Assembly: GCA_963676795.2 (NCBI GenBank)
Contig: CAXXTB010000002.1
Location: forward strand, 1,696,001-1,760,000
From: Geopsychrobacteraceae bacterium
Lineage (GTDB): Bacteria > Desulfobacterota > Desulfuromonadia > Desulfuromonadales > Geopsychrobacteraceae
Length of the DNA: 64,000 nucleotides
Reading direction: 5' to 3'
The stretch's first letter is position 1, and the number at the start of each line of letters is the position of its first letter. Made by a program: the position numbers and the translations under genes. The notes beneath the pieces were generated by a model that saw only the letters and a program-made list of their open reading frames with translations, did not search any database and was not told the origin of the DNA. Shown one piece after another: positions 58,241-64,000 of this stretch.

Positions 58241-60145
58241 ATGGCGTTTAAGGTATCCGAAATTTTTACAGCCAAACTACCGATTTCAATCTGCGGCGGC
58301 CTGATGACTCTGGTCTGCATCCTCTGGAATCTCGATGTCCACACTCACCTGGGTATTCCGATCCTGACGGAACAATACCTGGCCTTCCAGCTCGGAATGG
58401 CAATCTTCATTGTCTATCTCACCAGCAGTTTCCGAAAAAAGAACCTGACAAAAACCAGCATCCTGGGCGGGATTATTGCCCTGATCGGTCTATGCACCCT
58501 GCTCTATACGAGCTTCAATTACCTAGACCTCCTGTCTGAGCAGGCGTACAGACCGATGTCACTGACAATAATCGGTTTTGTCGTTATTTTCTGCGTCACT
58601 GAAGGGGTCAGAAGAAAAGCCGGACTCTCTCTGTTTATTATTGTCGCGCTGTTCATTCTCTACGCCCTTCTCGCCCATAAAATGCCTGGCATGTTTGTCG
58701 GCCGGAAAATGGACATCGTGCCCCTGCTGCAATATGTTGGCTTCGATCCAAGTGCTGCTTTTGGTCTGCCTCTGACGGTTGCCTCGGTCATCGTCATTCT
58801 CTTCGTCTTCTTTGGCAAATTGCTGTTTCTCGCCGGTGGCGGTGAATTCTTTACCGATCTGGCAACAGCACTGACAGGCCGGACCCGTGGCGGGAGTGCT
58901 AAGATTTCGATCGTCGCTTCAGCGCTGTTTGGTTCGATCTCAGGCAGCGCAGTATCAAACGTTGTTACGACCGGAATCATTACCATTCCGATGATGAGGA
59001 AAAGCGGCTATTCCGACAGAGACGCCGGAGCCATTGAGGCGATCGCCTCCACCGGTGGTCAGCTGACTCCGCCGATCATGGGCGCAGCAGCCTTTCTTAT
59101 GGCTGAGTTTCTGGAGATATCCTATATGACGGTTGCTCTCGCAGCCATCATTCCGGCGTTGCTCTATTACTTCAGTGTTTTCGTTCAGGTTGACCTGATT
59201 GCCGCCAGAGACAACATCAAATCAGGAGATGAACGACAGAGCGCAAAAGAGGTGCTAAAAAAAGGCTGGCACCTGATCATTCCTTTTGTTGTCCTGTTTG
59301 TCGCCCTCTTTGGCTTTCAGATTGATCCTGAAAAATCGGCCCTGGTTTCAGCAGTATCAGTCATCGTTGTCGGTGCGTTGAAAAGCTACAAAGGCTACCG
59401 GATCAACTTTTCAAGTATCATAGACGCCTTTGTATCGACCGGAACCAGCCTGGTTGATCTGATTCTCATTGTAACGGCGGCCGGCTTCGTTATCGGCATC
59501 CTCAACGTCACCGGCCTCGGTTTCGCCCTGACCCTGTTCCTGGTCGACAGTGTTGGTGGAAACCAGTTTGTCATACTTATCGTTGCCGCCCTGATCTCGA
59601 CTCTGCTGGGGATGGGCATGCCGACTTCGGGTGTCTACGTTCTGCTCGCTGCGCTGATCGTTCCGTCGATGGTCGAAGCCGGTATCACCCCGATCAGTGC
59701 CCACATGTTCATTCTCTACTTCGGCATGATGTCGATGATCACACCGCCGATCGCCCTCGCCGCTTTCGCCGCTGCGGCAATCACCAAAACAAACCCGGTA
59801 GAGACCGGCTGGTCGTCGATGCGTATTGGCTGGGCGTCTTACCTGATCCCCTTTGCTTTCGTTGTTGCGCCGGAACTGCTTCTTGAAGGCAGTTTCTGGA
59901 TCACCATCGTCGATACCCTGCAGGCGGCAATCGGCATCGCTGCAGGCTCAATAGCCGTTGTTGGCTTCATCGGCAAAAAGCTCAAAGTCTCAACACGCGT
60001 TCTGCTGGCCGTCCTGGGTTTCTTCGGTATGCCATTTTTTGAAGCACTGCACTTTATGCTTTACCCTTCTTATATTGCCGCGGTTCTGGCAATACTCTTT
60101 ATCTTTCTTATTCAGTTCAAGGGAGAAAAACTGAATTTCATTTAA
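58241..60145 (+). CDS. TRAP transporter fused 4TM/12TM permease (TAXI-associated)
   Basis: GSISGSAVSNV, ASTGGQLTPPIMGAAAFLMAE, LGMGMPT, ITPPIALAA; GGAGG RBS. Confidence 0.93.
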   Translation: MAFKVSEIFTAKLPISICGGLMTLVCILWNLDVHTHLGIPILTEQYLAFQLGMAIFIVYLTSSFRKKNLTKTSILGGIIALIGLCTLLYTSFNYLDLLSEQAYRPMSLTIIGFVVIFCVTEGVRRKAGLSLFIIVALFILYALLAHKMPGMFVGRKMDIVPLLQYVGFDPSAAFGLPLTVASVIVILFVFFGKLLFLAGGGEFFTDLATALTGRTRGGSAKISIVASALFGSISGSAVSNVVTTGIITIPMMRKSGYSDRDAGAIEAIASTGGQLTPPIMGAAAFLMAEFLEISYMTVALAAIIPALLYYFSVFVQVDLIAARDNIKSGDERQSAKEVLKKGWHLIIPFVVLFVALFGFQIDPEKSALVSAVSVIVVGALKSYKGYRINFSSIIDAFVSTGTSLVDLILIVTAAGFVIGILNVTGLGFALTLFLVDSVGGNQFVILIVAALISTLLGMGMPTSGVYVLLAALIVPSMVEAGITPISAHMFILYFGMMSMITPPIALAAFAAAAITKTNPVETGWSSMRIGWASYLIPFAFVVAPELLLEGSFWITIVDTLQAAIGIAAGSIAVVGFIGKKLKVSTRVLLAVLGFFGMPFFEALHFMLYPSYIAAVLAILFIFLIQFKGEKLNFI

Positions 60146-60162
60146 CCCGAGCAAAAGGAGTC

Positions 60163-61152
60163 ATGAGGATGAAAACAATGAGAAAAATCTTTTTACTGGC
60201 CATCATTTCGGCATTTTTGTTGACCACAAACGCTATCGCCGTTGAGATTGTCGGCGTCGCTTCCGGCCAACCCGGCAGCCTCGGCTACAACACCGCACAG
60301 GCGGTAGCCAAACTCGCCAATCAGGAAGCCAAGATTATCGCCCGGACCCAGCCGCTGGCCGGTACCGCTGCCTACATTCCGCTGATCAACAGAGGAGAAC
60401 TCCAGTTCGGCTTCGTCAATGGCGTCGAACTTGACTACGCCTACACCGGTACCGGCAACTGGGAAGGCAGAAAAAGCGACAACCTGCGTATGGTCGGCGT
60501 CATGTTCCCGTTGATTACCGGCATCATGGCCCCGGCCAAGATGGACATCATGACCATTGATGACCTGAAAGCCAAGGCCTCAGGTCTGAAGATTGCCTCC
60601 GAATATACCGCTGATACAACAATCCGCTATTACATCATGGGCGCTCTCGCCACCGGCGGCCTGACCTATGACGATTTCAAACAGGTTCCTGTCTCAAACT
60701 TCGTCAAAGGGATTGAAGCGGTCGGTGACGGTATGGTCGACGTCGCACTGGTCAGTCTGAACTCGGGGGCCGGCAAAAAGGCCAACGCAACCATGTCCGG
60801 CGGTCTGCGTTACATTTCTCTCGACAACTCCCCAGAGGGTGAAAAACGCCTTAAAGATTTCATGCCGTCGGCCTCTTTGACAACGGTCAAAGCCAACGAC
60901 AGCATTCCAGGCATGCAGAACGATGCCAACCTGATCAAGATTCCATGGGTTCTGTTTACCAGCAAAGACACCTCGGATGATCTGGTCTACCGCATGATCA
61001 AAGTCATCGCTGAAAACAACGAAAAACTCGGTCAGTCGTTTGGTGCCTTTAAACGCGCTGAACTCGAGGCCATGGCGCCAGCCACACCTGTGCCTTACCA
61101 TCCTGGTGCTCTGAAGTATTACCAGGAAGCGGGTATCAAGGTAGGAAACTGA
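60163..61152 (+). CDS. TAXI-family TRAP solute-binding protein
   Basis: Signal peptide, SGQPGSLGY, PYHPGALKYYQE. Confidence 0.9.
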   Translation: MRMKTMRKIFLLAIISAFLLTTNAIAVEIVGVASGQPGSLGYNTAQAVAKLANQEAKIIARTQPLAGTAAYIPLINRGELQFGFVNGVELDYAYTGTGNWEGRKSDNLRMVGVMFPLITGIMAPAKMDIMTIDDLKAKASGLKIASEYTADTTIRYYIMGALATGGLTYDDFKQVPVSNFVKGIEAVGDGMVDVALVSLNSGAGKKANATMSGGLRYISLDNSPEGEKRLKDFMPSASLTTVKANDSIPGMQNDANLIKIPWVLFTSKDTSDDLVYRMIKVIAENNEKLGQSFGAFKRAELEAMAPATPVPYHPGALKYYQEAGIKVGN

Positions 61153-61192
61153 TCAAACATCAAGCAACTATTGAAGAATTAAGGAGCAACCC

Positions 61193-62065
61193 ATGGTAAC
61201 CCCGGGATATTTAGCATTTCATCCGAATCCAAAAAAACCGGATATAACACTTCCGCGCGGCGCGTGCGATTCACATTGTCATGTTTTTGGTCCCGGGGAT
61301 ACCTTCCCCTATTCACCACAAAGCAGCTATATTCCGGTCGATGCACCGAAAGAGATCCTGTTTCAAAGACACAGGTTTCTCGGCTTTGATCGCGCCGTTA
61401 TCGTTCAGGCCAGCTGTCACGGGACTGATAACCGGGCCATGATCGATGCCCTGATCGCTGGTGGCGATGATTATCGTGGCATCGCCATCGTGAAGCCGGA
61501 TATCAGCCATGACGAATTGGCGATGATGGATGTGCAAGGCGTTCGGGGCGTCCGTTTCAACTTTGTCAAGCGTCTCAAAGCACGTCAGTCTGAAGAGAAC
61601 CAGAAACAGATTATTGAAAAAATTGCCAAGTTCTCCTGGCACACCGTTGTCTATTTTGAGCCAGAAGATCTGAGTGAGATCAAAAATTTCCTGAAGCAGT
61701 TAGAAACACCGGTCATCATCGATCATATGGGTCGGGTCCCGGTCGAAAAAGGGGTAAACAGCCCGGAATTTGAAGAACTCGCTGACCTGCTCAGAGATGA
61801 CAAGTTCTGGGTCAAAGTCACCTGCCCGGAGAGGCTTTCAAAACAGGGTCCGCCCTACAGCGACGTCGACGAAGTCTCCAAGGAACTGATTCGCCTGGTT
61901 CCGGATCGTGTCCTGTGGGGCACTGACTGGCCACACCCCAATATGAAGAGCCATATCCCTGATGATGGCCTGCTTGTTGATCGTCTTGTAACAATCTGCC
62001 CGGATATTGTACAGCAGCAGAAAATGCTGATTGATAATCCGAACAAACTCTACTGGAACAGATAA
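61193..62065 (+). CDS. ligI: 2-pyrone-4,6-dicarboxylate (PDC) hydrolase, amidohydrolase family
   Basis: DSHCHVFGP, VQASCHGTDN, GVRFNFVKRL, IDHMG, WGTDWPHPN, PDDGLLVD. Confidence 0.9.
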   Translation: MVTPGYLAFHPNPKKPDITLPRGACDSHCHVFGPGDTFPYSPQSSYIPVDAPKEILFQRHRFLGFDRAVIVQASCHGTDNRAMIDALIAGGDDYRGIAIVKPDISHDELAMMDVQGVRGVRFNFVKRLKARQSEENQKQIIEKIAKFSWHTVVYFEPEDLSEIKNFLKQLETPVIIDHMGRVPVEKGVNSPEFEELADLLRDDKFWVKVTCPERLSKQGPPYSDVDEVSKELIRLVPDRVLWGTDWPHPNMKSHIPDDGLLVDRLVTICPDIVQQQKMLIDNPNKLYWNR

Positions 62066-62108
62066 CCAGTCGGGCTTGACTGCAAACTAGATCGAATGGA
62101 GTTGTTTT

Positions 62109-62846
62109 ATGTCTGATACAAAAAAAAACGCACTTGTCATCAGCGCACATTCTGCTGATTTTGTCTGGCGCGCAGGCGGTGCGATCGCGCTGCATGCCCA
62201 GAAAGGCTACGATGTCACCGTTGTCTGCCTCAGCTTCGGCGAACGCGGCGAAAGCGCCAAGCTCTGGAAAGAACCCGGAATGACCCTGGAGAAGGTCAAA
62301 GTGGCGCGCCGCAAGGAAGCTGAAGCGGCGGCAAAAGCACTCAATGTCCACGACATTCAGTTTTTTGATCTCGGCGATTATCCTCTCGAGCTCGACAGAG
62401 AGGCCAAATACAAGCTTGTCGACGTGATCCGCACAGTCCAGCCACAGTTCATGCTCAGCCACTCCCAGTATGATCCGTATAACACCGATCATGCCTATGC
62501 AACCAAGATTGCGCTGGAATGCCGCATGGTCGCCCAGGCCTGGGGGCACAACCCCGGCGAAAAGGTCCTCGGCGCTCCGCAGCTTTACCTTTTTGAACCG
62601 CACCAGACCGAACAGATGGGCTGGAAACCGGATACCTTTCTCGACATCACCAGTGTCTGGGAGAACAAGAAGGCAGCCATCGAGTGCATGCAGGGGCAGG
62701 AACATCTCTGGCACTACTACACCAATGTCGCAGAAAACAGGGGGAATCACTTCCGCCGCAACTCCGGCGGGCAGTCAGGTGGACGGGACGCCAGATACGC
62801 CGAGGGATTTCAATCGGTCTTCCCGCGCACTGTCGACGAGCTTTAA
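62109..62846 (+). CDS. galB: 4-oxalomesaconate hydratase, PIG-L family
   Basis: SAHSADFVWRAGGAIA, GERGESAKLW, DPYNTDH, FEPHQTEQ. Confidence 0.88.
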   Translation: MSDTKKNALVISAHSADFVWRAGGAIALHAQKGYDVTVVCLSFGERGESAKLWKEPGMTLEKVKVARRKEAEAAAKALNVHDIQFFDLGDYPLELDREAKYKLVDVIRTVQPQFMLSHSQYDPYNTDHAYATKIALECRMVAQAWGHNPGEKVLGAPQLYLFEPHQTEQMGWKPDTFLDITSVWENKKAAIECMQGQEHLWHYYTNVAENRGNHFRRNSGGQSGGRDARYAEGFQSVFPRTVDEL

Positions 62847-62861
62847 GGAAGGAGTTTGCCC

Positions 62862-63533
62862 ATGCCTCAGGTTGTCACCAAAATTGAGCGCGCAGCAGCT
62901 GAAATTGTCAAGGGCCTTGGTGAATGCGGTGTAGCCACGGTTCATGAAGCCCAGGGACGTAAAGGACTGCTCGCCAGCTACATGCGGCCGATTATTGAAG
63001 GAGCACAGATCGGCGCTTCGGCCGTCACTATCCTGGCCCCCCCGTGCGATAACTGGATGGTTCATGTCGCTGTTGAGCAGGTCCAGGCCGGTGACGTTCT
63101 GGTCCTGGCCACAACCTCCCCGTCCGATGCCGGTTATTTCGGTGACCTGCTGGCTACCTCGATGCAGGCGAGAGGCGGTGTCGGTCTGATTATCGATGCC
63201 GGAGTCCGTGATATCAAGGATCTGCGGGCGATGAACTTCCCGGTCTGGTCAAAGGCTGTTCATGCTCAAGGGACCGTCAAGGCCACCCTCGGTGATGTCA
63301 ATGTCCCGATCGTCTGCGCCGGGGCCCTGATAAACCCGGGCGATGTCATCGTCGCCGATGATGACGGCGTCTGCGTCGTGCGCCGGGAAGAAGCGGCTGA
63401 GGTTCTGGTCAAGGCGCGGGAACGGATGACCAAAGAGGAAGAAAAACGCAAGCGCCTCGCTGCCGGTGAACTTGGCCTTGATATCTACCAGATGCGCGAA
63501 CGACTGGAAAAAGAAGGGTTGAAATATGTCTAA
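62862..63533 (+). CDS. ligK: 4-carboxy-4-hydroxy-2-oxoadipate aldolase / oxaloacetate decarboxylase (LigK/GalC)
   Basis: [45 protein letters not shown]. Confidence 0.92.
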   Translation: MPQVVTKIERAAAEIVKGLGECGVATVHEAQGRKGLLASYMRPIIEGAQIGASAVTILAPPCDNWMVHVAVEQVQAGDVLVLATTSPSDAGYFGDLLATSMQARGGVGLIIDAGVRDIKDLRAMNFPVWSKAVHAQGTVKATLGDVNVPIVCAGALINPGDVIVADDDGVCVVRREEAAEVLVKARERMTKEEEKRKRLAAGELGLDIYQMRERLEKEGLKYV

Positions 63534-64000
63534 AGGTATTCGCTGCATGTGGATGCGCGGCGGCACCTCCAAAGGCGGCTATTTCCTGGTTGAGGACCTG
63601 CCGCAGGATTCTGCGGAACGTGACAGGGCATTGTTACGCATCATGGGCTCACCCGATCCGCGCCAGATTGACGGTATGGGCGGTTCCGACCCGCTGACCT
63701 CAAAGGTTGCCGTCGTCAAAAAGTCGCAACGCGACGGTATCGATGTCGACTACCTGTTCCTGCAGGTTTTTGTCGATCAGGCCATAGTCACCGACGCGCA
63801 GAACTGTGGCAACATCCTTGCCGGCATCGCTCCTTTTGCCATCGAACGCGGCCTGATCACTCCTGAAGGAGATGTCACTGAAGTCTCCATCTACATGGAA
63901 AACACCGGCCAGGTTGCTGTCGCCAGGGTGCAAACCCCGGACGGAACTGTGAGTTACCAGGGTGACGTCCGTATCGACGGCGTTCCGGGAAGTTCGGCGG
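63526..64000 (+). CDS. galD: 4-oxalomesaconate tautomerase (PrpF family), runs off the window; not in the ORF track
   Basis: [20 protein letters not shown]...[25 protein letters not shown]...QNCGNILAG. Confidence 0.88.
   Translation, partial: MSKGIRCMWMRGGTSKGGYFLVEDLPQDSAERDRALLRIMGSPDPRQIDGMGGSDPLTSKVAVVKKSQRDGIDVDYLFLQVFVDQAIVTDAQNCGNILAGIAPFAIERGLITPEGDVTEVSIYMENTGQVAVARVQTPDGTVSYQGDVRIDGVPGSSA

Noticed and set aside
61818..62750. Long antisense ORFs (also 1401-2162, 23379-24002, 37556-38296, 44031-44831, 49190-49918)
   Set aside because: Shadow frames opposite motif-rich genes, expected from codon bias; no independent evidence.

Overview
Chromosomal window from an anaerobic bacterium; the gene content (iorAB-paaK-ACT-paaK, riboswitch-led bzaF-like gene, secG-tRNA-Leu, PAS/GAF hybrid kinase) suggests a Desulfuromonadia/Geobacter-like deltaproteobacterium (inference). 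Bases 1-39,100 form a large corrinoid (B12)-dependent methyl-transfer cluster. It has 5 corrinoid proteins, 7 UroD-fold methyltransferases (one MtaA-like thiol methyltransferase, one fused to a thioredoxin-like CxxC domain), 2 ASKHA/2Fe-2S corrinoid activators, 2 CobW GTPases, 2 DUF1638-like proteins, cobA, a cobalamin-riboswitch-controlled bzaF-like gene and several transporters. No pterin-binding (methyl-THF-forming) methyltransferase is seen in the window. Two operator families are visible: a 16-bp palindrome AGTCTTATATAAGACT recurring at promoters from 11.8 to 37.4 kb (likely bound by the resident GntR/UTRA regulator) and an 18-bp TGAACGTTCA-centred motif at the first operon. An IS3-family element splits an IclR gene. 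A tRNA-Pro with a duplicated 3' half borders the cluster. Bases 42-56 kb are mostly core genes. The window ends with a TAXI-TRAP transporter and the O2-independent lower protocatechuate/gallate 4,5-cleavage pathway (ligI-galB-ligK-galD). All family calls come from motif recognition by eye, not database searches.
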